DNA of 64,000 bases from a virus: positions 1-64,000 of IMG/VR virus record IMGVR_UViG_3300017782_000002; one strand, given 5' to 3'. Shown here piece by piece: positions 30,174-37,902 of the stretch (positions are counted from its first letter, which is position 1; each line of letters starts with the position of its first letter). Position numbers and translations under genes: made by a program. Below the pieces are notes generated by a model that was not told the origin of the DNA, made no database searches, and worked only from the letters and a program-made list of their open reading frames with translations.

Positions 30174-30431
30174 TTAATCATCATCCTTGTTGTGGAAGTA
30201 AGTGTCATCTCTCTTTACTTGCTCAGGTATGTCTGTAAGTTTATGTTCATCATTAAGCTCAGGTTTCTTTGGTTCTCTACCTTTACTATATGATCCATAG
30301 AAAGGATTGTTAAGCTCCATAGTATTACCATGGCCCAAGCAATCTAACTCTCTTAGTTCTTCATCAGTCATATCTAAGTATTGTTCTACTGAGATTTCAA
30401 TTGTTCTTCCACTTGGAAGTTGGTATAACAT
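30174..30431 (-). CDS. Small hypothetical protein
   Basis: MLYQLPSGRTIEISVEQYL; TAATTTTG -7 element at 30454-30461. Confidence 0.7.
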   Translation of the reverse strand: MLYQLPSGRTIEISVEQYLDMTDEELRELDCLGHGNTMELNNPFYGSYSKGREPKKPELNDEHKLTDIPEQVKRDDTYFHNKDDD

Positions 30432-30537
30432 TGTAATTGTGTGTTTGTTCCCACAAAATTAAACAATATTATACTACTTCTTTATGTATACGTATGTAAA
30501 TAACTCTGACTCTGCAAAGTTTATTGCAGATATATAG

Positions 30538-30996
30538 CTATACACTACGTAATGCATGTTGATATTGGCTCATCAAGGTATCTATATCTACTGAAATCAA
30601 TTTAATTTCATTAGTATATGTAGACGTTTCTGTCACACTAACCTTGTTATCAGCATTCAAACCCAACATGTTTATCTTCATCTTATAGTAATAAGGATTA
30701 AACTCATCTCTGTAATCATCTGATCCAATTATAACACCTCTACGGTATTGATTACAAGCTAATCCAAAATCTATAAGTTGAACTGAAGGTTCTTCACCTT
30801 GTTTAAATTGAACCAAGTCACCAACCTTAAAAGGTCTGTACTTTTGATTCATCATGTTAAGTTCTACTACTTGCTCTAAAACATTAGAGTCTAACGTTTG
30901 CATAAGCATATCAATAAGTATATCTTTATTGATAAAGTCTTTGATGTTACTACCAAGTATCATCTTGACTGTTGCGTCATTAATTCTTACACTCAT
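30538..30996 (-). CDS. Hypothetical protein with SH3/KOW-like segment (start MSVRIND)
   Basis: PFKVGDLVQF motif; the longer track start overlaps the upstream gene. Confidence 0.6.
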   Translation of the reverse strand: MSVRINDATVKMILGSNIKDFINKDILIDMLMQTLDSNVLEQVVELNMMNQKYRPFKVGDLVQFKQGEEPSVQLIDFGLACNQYRRGVIIGSDDYRDEFNPYYYKMKINMLGLNADNKVSVTETSTYTNEIKLISVDIDTLMSQYQHALRSV

Positions 30997-31573
30997 GAGG
31001 AGATTGTTTAAGATTAAAAAATAAATTAGGAGAAATACCACTCAAGCTTATTCTATATGTGTCAGCTATATCTTCTACAGCATTATACCTGAATACTTTT
31101 TTAATAGCTTTCATTACTTCTCTAAGCTCTCTAAGTGCATCAATGTTATGTAGATTATTCTTAAAAGCAAATCCTTCATACTCTTTTGTTTGTTTTATAT
31201 CAATACAAAAGTTCATAAGACTTACTTCATAATCATTAGTCTTCATAACAAGACAATCTAATAGACCATTATTACTACGATCAACACCACAATGATGTAG
31301 ATATGCTACTAATGCTTCCATTTTCTTTTGGATATACTTAGGTGTTATAACATTATAAATATAATTTATATCAGTTAAATTTGTACTCACATAATACTCT
31401 TGTCTAGCATAACCACCATAATATGTATTTAACAATATTATAGTACTGTGACCTTCATCACAACGATGTGTGAGTTCACTCATGTTACCTTTAAACTGAC
31501 TATGCTTAGGAAGAATGCTATATAAATAGTTCTTCTCAACACCTACTGGACTTTCAAAACTATGCTTTTTCAT
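30980..31573 (-). CDS. Hypothetical protein
   Basis: 197-aa ORF in the early block. Confidence 0.65.
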   Translation of the reverse strand: MKKHSFESPVGVEKNYLYSILPKHSQFKGNMSELTHRCDEGHSTIILLNTYYGGYARQEYYVSTNLTDINYIYNVITPKYIQKKMEALVAYLHHCGVDRSNNGLLDCLVMKTNDYEVSLMNFCIDIKQTKEYEGFAFKNNLHNIDALRELREVMKAIKKVFRYNAVEDIADTYRISLSGISPNLFFNLKQSPHECKN

Positions 31574-31862
31574 CTAATTTCTTTTTTATGTGTTTAAGAG
31601 TCAAGTAACAATGACCCAACGATTCAATTAATTTCTCTTTACTCATATAGAATACATCTATACCAAAAGGATTAAGATTCTCACGAGAACCAACGTCCTC
31701 CCATTCTCTTATCTCTCCTATCTCAGTATTTATATCATTCTCTATTTTCTGTGCTCTCATAAAGTCACGAGTATTACGCTCAGCTTGTGCTTGAGCCTCT
31801 AGTGCTTTATTATCAGGTGATGTTCCAAACATATCCTTGATTATTTCATTAATTCTTTTCAT
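31560..31862 (-). CDS. Hypothetical protein
   Basis: 100-aa ORF. Confidence 0.65.
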   Translation of the reverse strand: MKRINEIIKDMFGTSPDNKALEAQAQAERNTRDFMRAQKIENDINTEIGEIREWEDVGSRENLNPFGIDVFYMSKEKLIESLGHCYLTLKHIKKKLDEKA

Positions 31863-31971
31863 ATCTATCTATTATTATTGCTCTATGTATAAGCATAGCA
31901 CTAAATATAATTAATGCTAATACCAACCACAAAGCTTTTACTGTTACGTATGTTATTATAAATTTTATCAC
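31849..31971 (-). CDS. 40-aa membrane peptide, GTG start (not in ORF track)
   Basis: MIKFIITYVTVKALWLVLALIIFSAMLIHRAIIIDRYEKN; AT-rich leader. Confidence 0.5.
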   Translation of the reverse strand: MIKFIITYVTVKALWLVLALIIFSAMLIHRAIIIDRYEKN

Positions 31972-31994
31972 TTTATTGTATTTTAATTGTTATT

Positions 31995-32026
31995 AAAAAA
32001 ATACCTACTGCATAATACACAGTAGG
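31995..32026 (-). terminator. Intrinsic terminator
   Basis: CCTACTG-N9-CAGTAGG followed by TATTTTTTT on - strand. Confidence 0.7.
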
Positions 32027-32029
32027 ATT

Positions 32030-32230
32030 ACAAGTTACCCTGCGATGGGAGTAGTGTCTTGTTAACTACAAACGGCTGTCTAGGGAACCACCCCGCTTAG
32101 TAGAGACATCTAGTATTATTAGGAGAAGTCATCATCTTCATTGCCTCCATTAGTAGCATCAACACTGATTAAGTGGCTAGTTAATTGCGTATAAACAGGG
32201 CCCATCTACCACAACTAACGCTTTTATTGT
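32030..32230 (-). ncRNA. Candidate structured RNA, or 28-aa micro-ORF
   Basis: GC-richer non-coding stretch bounded by two terminator-like elements, with complementary blocks GATGGG/CCCATC and CCCTG/CAGGG. Confidence 0.3.
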
Positions 32231-32333
32231 AAAAAAAAACAACAACTCTCCACTGATACACCACGTGTGTGAGCATACAATGGTCTTAGCACTGTACTCT
32301 TGGTATGCAATAAACGCTTCAAGGAGTTGTTGT
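32231..32333 (-). ncRNA. Multibranch hairpin followed by U9
   Basis: 10-bp outer stem ACAACAACTC/GAGTTGTTGT, inner GCATAC/GTATGC stem, then a T run. Confidence 0.45.
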
Positions 32334-32338
32334 ATTAT

Positions 32339-32662
32339 TTAATTATATTTATTATCATAAGCATGTACTTCCAACATTCTTTCTTGTACATTCTTACCTG
32401 TTAGCTTACCTTCTGAATCACGAACTTGCATCCTGAGAACCCAGTAATCCATCTTAGTGTAAAGTGTAACATACTCAAGATTGATTAGATCAATACGTTC
32501 ATTATTCAACATGAAGTCTAGTGTCCATGATACACCATTATCACATTCTTGACAATACACATCTGTATCATCAACTGTTGTGAATGGTGTTTGGTTTATA
32601 CCTGTGTTTATAAATGTTAACATGATTATTGTTTTTAAGATTGCGGATACATATATGCTCAT
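32339..32662 (-). CDS. Secreted or membrane-anchored hypothetical protein
   Basis: Hydrophobic N-terminal signal-like segment, CQEC. Confidence 0.6.
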   Translation of the reverse strand: MSIYVSAILKTIIMLTFINTGINQTPFTTVDDTDVYCQECDNGVSWTLDFMLNNERIDLINLEYVTLYTKMDYWVLRMQVRDSEGKLTGKNVQERMLEVHAYDNKYN

Positions 32663-32689
32663 TCTACATAGAGAGAGTATACTAACTAC

Positions 32690-32900
32690 AGATAAGAGAA
32701 TAGAGTGGTAAGACTATCTCTACCATGAGGAACTTATTACAGGCTGATCAGTGCCAGACCTCTACTCCCATCTCTTACTATAGCTATATCCTTTATATAT
32801 TGTACTTGTAGTCAGTTGTGGTAAATAATGGTAAAAAGTGGGTATGTATGCCACTCACACAGAGTTTAACACACACACCACTACATTTTTACCAACTAAT
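32690..32900 (-). ncRNA. Two tandem long imperfect hairpins
   Basis: TGGTAAAA/TTTTACCA + AGTGG/CCACT + G-U-rich stem (32828-32895); TAAGAGA/TCTCTTA-closed stem (32693-32778). Confidence 0.4.
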
Positions 32901-32949
32901 CACACAATTAACTATTATTCACGTAAGTATACTCTGATGATAGTGAATT

Positions 32950-32975
32950 AAAAGGAAGAAAGGCACATTAGTGCC
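32950..32975 (-). terminator. Intrinsic terminator of the first early gene
   Basis: GGCAC-TAAT-GTGCC followed by TTTCTTCCTTTT. Confidence 0.65.
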
Positions 32976-32994
32976 AATCTTCACTCACATTCTA

Positions 32995-33360
32995 CTAGCA
33001 GTCAAGCTTGCCAAGGTAACGGAACGTTGACTTGTTGCCAGACTTGTACTCTACAGCGTCACCCTTGAGGATGTTGTGCTTTTTAGCACGCATCTTCTCA
33101 AGTTGTTCATCAGTGAACTCATACTTGCCGTTCAATGGAACAATGACCTGGTCTCCTGAATCAACTTGCTTGAAGGAACCATACGTTTGCACGGCTACAC
33201 CTGCAAACTTAGTGGTGATACTACCACTTCTCACAACCTCGTTGTGTTGTTGTACATCTGTTAACTCATCTTGGTCAACTTGTTTGTCAGAAAAGACTAG
33301 CATAGTCTTGCCTGATCTAGGAGAGTTATAAGTCTCCATGAAAAACATTTTTTTAGACAT
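32995..33360 (-). CDS. First gene of the leftward block, hypothetical
   Basis: 121-aa ORF with strikingly C/G-ending codons; own terminator. Confidence 0.75.
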   Translation of the reverse strand: MSKKMFFMETYNSPRSGKTMLVFSDKQVDQDELTDVQQHNEVVRSGSITTKFAGVAVQTYGSFKQVDSGDQVIVPLNGKYEFTDEQLEKMRAKKHNILKGDAVEYKSGNKSTFRYLGKLDC

Positions 33361-33393
33361 TTTTTTACTTTTTAATTAATACTTCATTTCTTT

Positions 33394-33520
33394 GGGGGGT
33401 GACCCCAGTCCAAGATTTTGTTGGGGAGTCTAAGTGTAGGACCCTTAGAGAACGCCATGCTCACAACATTTTTCCCTACGGACATGGGGGTAGTTGACTC
33501 AGGTGTACCCCGGTGGGGGC
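33394..33520. other. GC-rich G/C-tract region at the divergent transcription junction
   Basis: G6, G4, G5 and G5 tracts plus C4 tracts forming several alternative hairpins in an AT-rich genome. Confidence 0.6.
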
Positions 33521-33560
33521 TGGTTTGTTAAAGATTACTTGGCTAAGTTTTGTTTTTTCC

Positions 33561-33568
33561 GTATATTT
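33561..33568 (+). promoter_or_regulatory. GTATATT-type promoter
   Basis: Motif recurs upstream of structural genes at 45069, 50067, 51438, 57122 and 60094; TTG about 20 nt upstream. Confidence 0.5.
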
Positions 33569-33573
33569 ATAAT

Positions 33574-35619
33574 ATGGGTATAAAGAAATACATGCACGGG
33601 GGTAATCATCATGAGGCAGCTAATTATGGGCTATCTTCAGTGTATGATAAAAATCGTTATTCTAAAAAGGCACAGAGTTATAGAAGATTTAAAAAAGGCG
33701 GTCAGGTTTTAGACGTGTATTCTTCTAAAGGAGAAAAGAAAGGTAAAGGAGTAAATGGCCGTGAGCTTTACAATGGTCCTTATAAAGATATGACATTAAA
33801 AGATTTCTTTGACTTTTCTAATGGTGTATTTAAAACAAATAGTGAAGGTATCTCTTTTGCTAATGATCCAGAATATAAAAATTGGAGAAGTAAAAAACGT
33901 GGTTATTCAGCTGATGAATTATTAAAATATTATATCCATACTCAAGTATACATAGATGGGGCTGACGTTAATCCAATGGATAGGTCAACATGGGAAGGTA
34001 AAAACTTTGGTTCTCCAAGAAGATATAAAGTAAATAAAGAAACTGGAGAACTAGAGTTTAATAGTAAAGGTCAACCTAAATATATGGGACATGATGAAGA
34101 ATTACATCAAACGTATTTAAATAGAAAAAACGCAGGTGATCCTGAAGCTTCTTGGTATCCATCTTCTCAAAGTGAAGCTTTCGGTATGGCAAAAGATCTA
34201 GGTCTAGGCGTTTTCTTTTATGAAGGTAAACCTGTACTAACGCAAACTGAAGAAGAAAGGGTTAAAGAGCAGAAAAAACATGGTATTTACTGGACAACTA
34301 ATAAATCACCTCAGCTTTTAGAATTAATGAAAGAAAATAAAGAGGTAAATTATAGCGACCTTAACCGTGAATCTTTAATCTATCTTGGTACTGATGAAAA
34401 TAAAAATGAAGCTTTACCGTTTTTACAAAATGTAGTACGTAATTTTAATAGTAATGAAGAAGCTTTAGAATTTGTAAATGAATTTGGAACACAAGGTTTA
34501 AAGAAAATAACAGTAAATGGTAAAAATTTCTTATTAGAACATGGACCTAACAGTGATATTGCTGGGCAGTACTATGATGAGAATAGAAAAGATTATCTTG
34601 ATAAACTACAAAAAGAGTTTGATAATCATCCAAAAACAAAAGCACTTAATAAAAGACTTAATGATATTAACAATGCTAAAGAAAATTATGGTATAGATGC
34701 AATCAGTGGTGCAGGTTTTGAAGGTTGGAGCCCAGAACAATTTTTCTCTGAGTATGATCATTCTCAATATAAATCTAATTTTGTACCTATAACTAAAGAA
34801 AACAGCAAACACGCTTTACTTAGTTATGCTGAAAAATTTCATGCAAACAGTACACGATTGGGTTATGATCTACCAGCCCGTATAGAAGGACCTGGTAAAT
34901 ATGGTTATAAGGTAAACGGTGAATATGTTGAGAATCCTAATGTTACTCATACTGAAAGTGGCCCTACAGGTATGCGTTCTGTTATGGGAGATATTGCACT
35001 GTTTTTTGCATTAGGAGGTCCTAGATTTGTAGGTAGTGGTATAACTAAAACTATTGGTCATTGGGGTAAAAATAGTTTAAGTAAATCAGCATGGTATGGA
35101 GCTAAACCTTTAGCAAATACAATATTTCAACCTCTAAAAGGCGCTGGTGATTATTATAAAAGATCAGCATTTAATAAATTTGTAGGTAGTCCTGCACTTC
35201 CAGGAACATTTGGTCTTGCTAATGTAAACAATGCAGCTAATGCTACTTTTGCAGCTATGGCAGGAGATCAAGCTATAACTGATTTTAGTGAAGGAAACTA
35301 TGGTATGGGTGCTCTAAATCTTGGATTTGCTGGACTTAATGCATATAACCCTTATAGAAAATTTCAAACTAATGCAAAATTGTTTAGTACAAAAAATGTA
35401 ATAGCACCAGCAAACTATGACCTTAAAGGATTAAAATCATTTGTAAATAATCAATTACCAGCACTTTCTTTAAAACAAGGTGTTAATAATATAGCAGGTA
35501 GTAATATATTCAACCCAGTATCTACACAATTAGGAGCTCAAAAATATATGAATAACATGATTAATTCAAATAAATTTACTCCTAATAATTCAGCATATGG
35601 AAAATTTATACTTCAATAA
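33574..35619 (+). CDS. Large hypothetical protein, possible virion cargo/ejection protein (start MGIKKYMHGG)
   Basis: N-terminal YMHGG and FKKGG motifs; Gly/Ala-rich hydrophobic C-terminal third. Confidence 0.6.
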   Translation: MGIKKYMHGGNHHEAANYGLSSVYDKNRYSKKAQSYRRFKKGGQVLDVYSSKGEKKGKGVNGRELYNGPYKDMTLKDFFDFSNGVFKTNSEGISFANDPEYKNWRSKKRGYSADELLKYYIHTQVYIDGADVNPMDRSTWEGKNFGSPRRYKVNKETGELEFNSKGQPKYMGHDEELHQTYLNRKNAGDPEASWYPSSQSEAFGMAKDLGLGVFFYEGKPVLTQTEEERVKEQKKHGIYWTTNKSPQLLELMKENKEVNYSDLNRESLIYLGTDENKNEALPFLQNVVRNFNSNEEALEFVNEFGTQGLKKITVNGKNFLLEHGPNSDIAGQYYDENRKDYLDKLQKEFDNHPKTKALNKRLNDINNAKENYGIDAISGAGFEGWSPEQFFSEYDHSQYKSNFVPITKENSKHALLSYAEKFHANSTRLGYDLPARIEGPGKYGYKVNGEYVENPNVTHTESGPTGMRSVMGDIALFFALGGPRFVGSGITKTIGHWGKNSLSKSAWYGAKPLANTIFQPLKGAGDYYKRSAFNKFVGSPALPGTFGLANVNNAANATFAAMAGDQAITDFSEGNYGMGALNLGFAGLNAYNPYRKFQTNAKLFSTKNVIAPANYDLKGLKSFVNNQLPALSLKQGVNNIAGSNIFNPVSTQLGAQKYMNNMINSNKFTPNNSAYGKFILQ

Positions 35620-35644
35620 TTAGGAACTTATTAATAAAAGTTTA

Positions 35645-35652
35645 TAACTTTG
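35645..35652 (+). promoter_or_regulatory. -7 promoter element (TAACTTTG)
   Basis: TAnnTTTG match 18 nt before the 35670 start. Confidence 0.6.
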
Positions 35653-35669
35653 CAACTAAAAAGTAATAC

Positions 35670-36059
35670 ATGGACAATACTGATCCTCTAGATGGTTATG
35701 ATGATTTAAATGAAAGTGAACAGTACATCTTAGAACAAGAGTTACTGAATAGAGCTTTTACTAACTCTTTTAACCTTATAACTAAAAGGAAAAAAATGAA
35801 AGATATAGTTGAAGAGTCAGGTGGATTACTTTTATCACATGACCCTTTTTCTGATTTATTTCCTAATGATTTAATAAACATGTTAGATTTTTTTATAGAA
35901 GAGGAAGATTATGAAAAATGTGCAGAAGTTAGAGATTATATTAATGATTTAAAGCGTAAACATGCTAGAAAACAGAAAGAAGACACCACCAAAGAACTCA
36001 GTGAAGTTCTCAATAACATTATCAGAGGAGCAAAAAGCCGCAAAAAAAGAAATTCTTAG
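35670..36059 (+). CDS. UVR (UvrB/C coiled-coil) motif protein
   Basis: FFIEEEDYEKCAEVRDYI. Confidence 0.65.
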   Translation: MDNTDPLDGYDDLNESEQYILEQELLNRAFTNSFNLITKRKKMKDIVEESGGLLLSHDPFSDLFPNDLINMLDFFIEEEDYEKCAEVRDYINDLKRKHARKQKEDTTKELSEVLNNIIRGAKSRKKRNS

Positions 36060-36621
36060 TCACCCATTTAATTTTTTAGTTGGAAAAGCAGGTAGTGGTA
36101 AAACATTACTAGCTGTACAAGTTGCTCTTGATCAATTTTTTAAGCGTCAATACAATAAAATTATAATAACTAGACCTACTGTTTCTACGGAAGATAACGG
36201 TTTTTTACCTGGTTCAGAAAAAGAAAAATTAGAACCCTGGTTAGTTCCTATTAAGTCTAACATGAGAAAAGTATATAACAAACCTGAAAAACTTGAAAAA
36301 ATGGAAGATCAGGAAGAGATAGAATTAGTATCTCTAGCTCATTTTAGAGGCCGTACGTTTGATGACAGCATAATAATCATAGATGAGTTCCAAAACCTTA
36401 CTAAATCTCAATTCAGCATGGCTTTAGGTAGGTTAGGTAAAGGATCAATGATGATATTTTGTGGAGATTATCAACAAATAGATATTAAAGATGAAAATTA
36501 TTCAGCTATACATGAAGTTGCTAAAATAAAAGATTCTGACTACGTATACAAGTGTGTATTACAAGATAATCATAGACATAGAGCTATAGGTGACGTTTTA
36601 AAGTTACTAACTGGTTATTAA
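35962..36621 (+). CDS. phoH: PhoH-family ATPase
   Basis: GKAGSGKT, IITRP, GFLPG, HFRGRTF, IIIDEFQN, TRLG-like GRLG, GDYQQ and HR motifs. Confidence 0.92.
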   Translation: MLENRKKTPPKNSVKFSITLSEEQKAAKKEILSHPFNFLVGKAGSGKTLLAVQVALDQFFKRQYNKIIITRPTVSTEDNGFLPGSEKEKLEPWLVPIKSNMRKVYNKPEKLEKMEDQEEIELVSLAHFRGRTFDDSIIIIDEFQNLTKSQFSMALGRLGKGSMMIFCGDYQQIDIKDENYSAIHEVAKIKDSDYVYKCVLQDNHRHRAIGDVLKLLTGY

Positions 36622-36663
36622 TAAATATTTAGTTTAAACCTTTTATATTTAAACTTATTTTAT

Positions 36664-36671
36664 TATCTTTG
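36664..36671 (+). promoter_or_regulatory. -7 promoter element (TATCTTTG)
   Basis: TAnnTTTG match upstream of 36702. Confidence 0.6.
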
Positions 36672-36701
36672 TACTATATTAATTAATAAAACCAAAGTAA
36701 A

Positions 36702-37082
36702 ATGGCAAAAAAATCTGAAAAGTCTGCTGAAGAATTAGCAGCTGAAGCATCAAAACTTGAGATGCAAGCAAAAAGAGATGAAATTACTGCATACTACAAA
36801 GATAGTATTAAACATCTTAAAGTTCAACAAGAATATGAAGCTCTATTGAAAGACATAGAAACTTCAAGAGCAGAAAGAATTCAAGCTCAAACATTTATAG
36901 CTAATGCAATGGCTCAACAACAAGCAGCACAACAAGCTCCTGCTCCTAATCCTGCTCCTACAGCAGATGCTGGATCTGGTAATGCTGTAGCTGGTACAGA
37001 CTGGGAAGCTTCTAGTGATAAAGCACCTCCAGCTGTAGATCCTGCTTTTGCAAACGCTGCAAGAAAGTTGAAAACCACTTAA
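36702..37082 (+). CDS. Coiled-coil hypothetical protein with Ala/Pro-rich tail
   Basis: Heptad-like N-half followed by APAPNPAP linker. Confidence 0.7.
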   Translation: MAKKSEKSAEELAAEASKLEMQAKRDEITAYYKDSIKHLKVQQEYEALLKDIETSRAERIQAQTFIANAMAQQQAAQQAPAPNPAPTADAGSGNAVAGTDWEASSDKAPPAVDPAFANAARKLKTT

Positions 37083-37096
37083 TAAATAGCAGTGAA

Positions 37097-37144
37097 CCCC
37101 TGGTGTTGAATCCTAATTAGTTGATGTCTTATAGCACCAGGGGG
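37097..37144 (+). other. GC-rich large-loop hairpin
   Basis: CCCCTGGTG-N29-CACCAGGGG, no U tract. Confidence 0.55.
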
Positions 37145-37165
37145 GATCTCTATAATAGTATTATT

Positions 37166-37516
37166 ATGGCAATAGTAAATAAAGTAGAAAAAAGAGTAAA
37201 AATCAATAGAGACAATGTAATTAAGTTTCAAATTATTACATATTGTTTTATGAATGATATTCAAATAAGTGCTTCTGATTTAAATTGTCTAACTGAACTT
37301 GCTAAAGAAGAATCTATTGATTTAACAAACTTTTGTGAAAATATATCAGGACAACTAATATTTAAAAGTCCTCAGTCTTGTAGAAATGCTATACAAAAAG
37401 CTAAAAGAAAAGATCTTGTAATAAAAGATGGTAAGAAAGTTATGTTAAATCCAACAATGAAAATTCAAACAACAGGAGACATATTTTTAGATTTTAAAAT
37501 ATTAGGTGTAGATTAA
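37166..37516 (+). CDS. Winged-helix-like protein (start MAIVNKVEK)
   Basis: ISASDLNCLTEL...IFKSPQSCRNAIQKAKRKDLVIK. Confidence 0.55.
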   Translation: MAIVNKVEKRVKINRDNVIKFQIITYCFMNDIQISASDLNCLTELAKEESIDLTNFCENISGQLIFKSPQSCRNAIQKAKRKDLVIKDGKKVMLNPTMKIQTTGDIFLDFKILGVD

Positions 37517-37902
37517 TGAATATTGAAACTAAGGATATGCAATTGAGTCCTAAGAATTACAGAGAATTCTTTAAAGAGATTGCGGAAGAATGTGAAGTAC
37601 ATCCAGATTTAGTAGATGAATTAGTTAGATTTTTCTATAATGAAGTAAGAAAGAATATTGAAAGTCTGGATCACACAAGAATAAGATTACCTAATCTTGG
37701 TACTTTTATAACTAGAAAAGGAAGGTTAGATAGAGCAATTAAAAGGCATAAAGATATGTTAGGTAATTTAGAAAAAAGAACATTCAAAGGTTACAACAAG
37801 CATGTACCTATTAAAGAAAAATTAGAACTAATGGAAAAAGCTGCTGATAGAATTAGTCAAGAAATTACAAATAAGAAAAATTGGAAAAATGAACATAGGT
37901 AA
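37516..37902 (+). CDS. HU/IHF-like DNA-binding protein
   Basis: IAEECEVH..LVDELVRFF..VRKNI......IRLPNLGTF. Confidence 0.7.
   Translation: MNIETKDMQLSPKNYREFFKEIAEECEVHPDLVDELVRFFYNEVRKNIESLDHTRIRLPNLGTFITRKGRLDRAIKRHKDMLGNLEKRTFKGYNKHVPIKEKLELMEKAADRISQEITNKKNWKNEHR

Noticed and set aside
32120-32170. tmRNA tag-like reading (..ATNGGNEDDDFS)
   Set aside because: There is no tRNA-like acceptor or T-arm, and no ALAA-type tag ending.
32934-32980. Hammerhead ribozyme-like CTGATGA...GAAA followed by a hairpin on the + strand
   Set aside because: There is no stem II between CTGATGA and GAAA and no UH cleavage triplet after the stem. The hairpin is better explained as the - strand terminator.
31862-33550. 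tRNA genes in the non-coding stretches
   Set aside because: No cloverleaf with a GTTC(G/A)A T-loop and acceptor stem was found by eye; tRNAscan-SE/ARAGORN would settle it.
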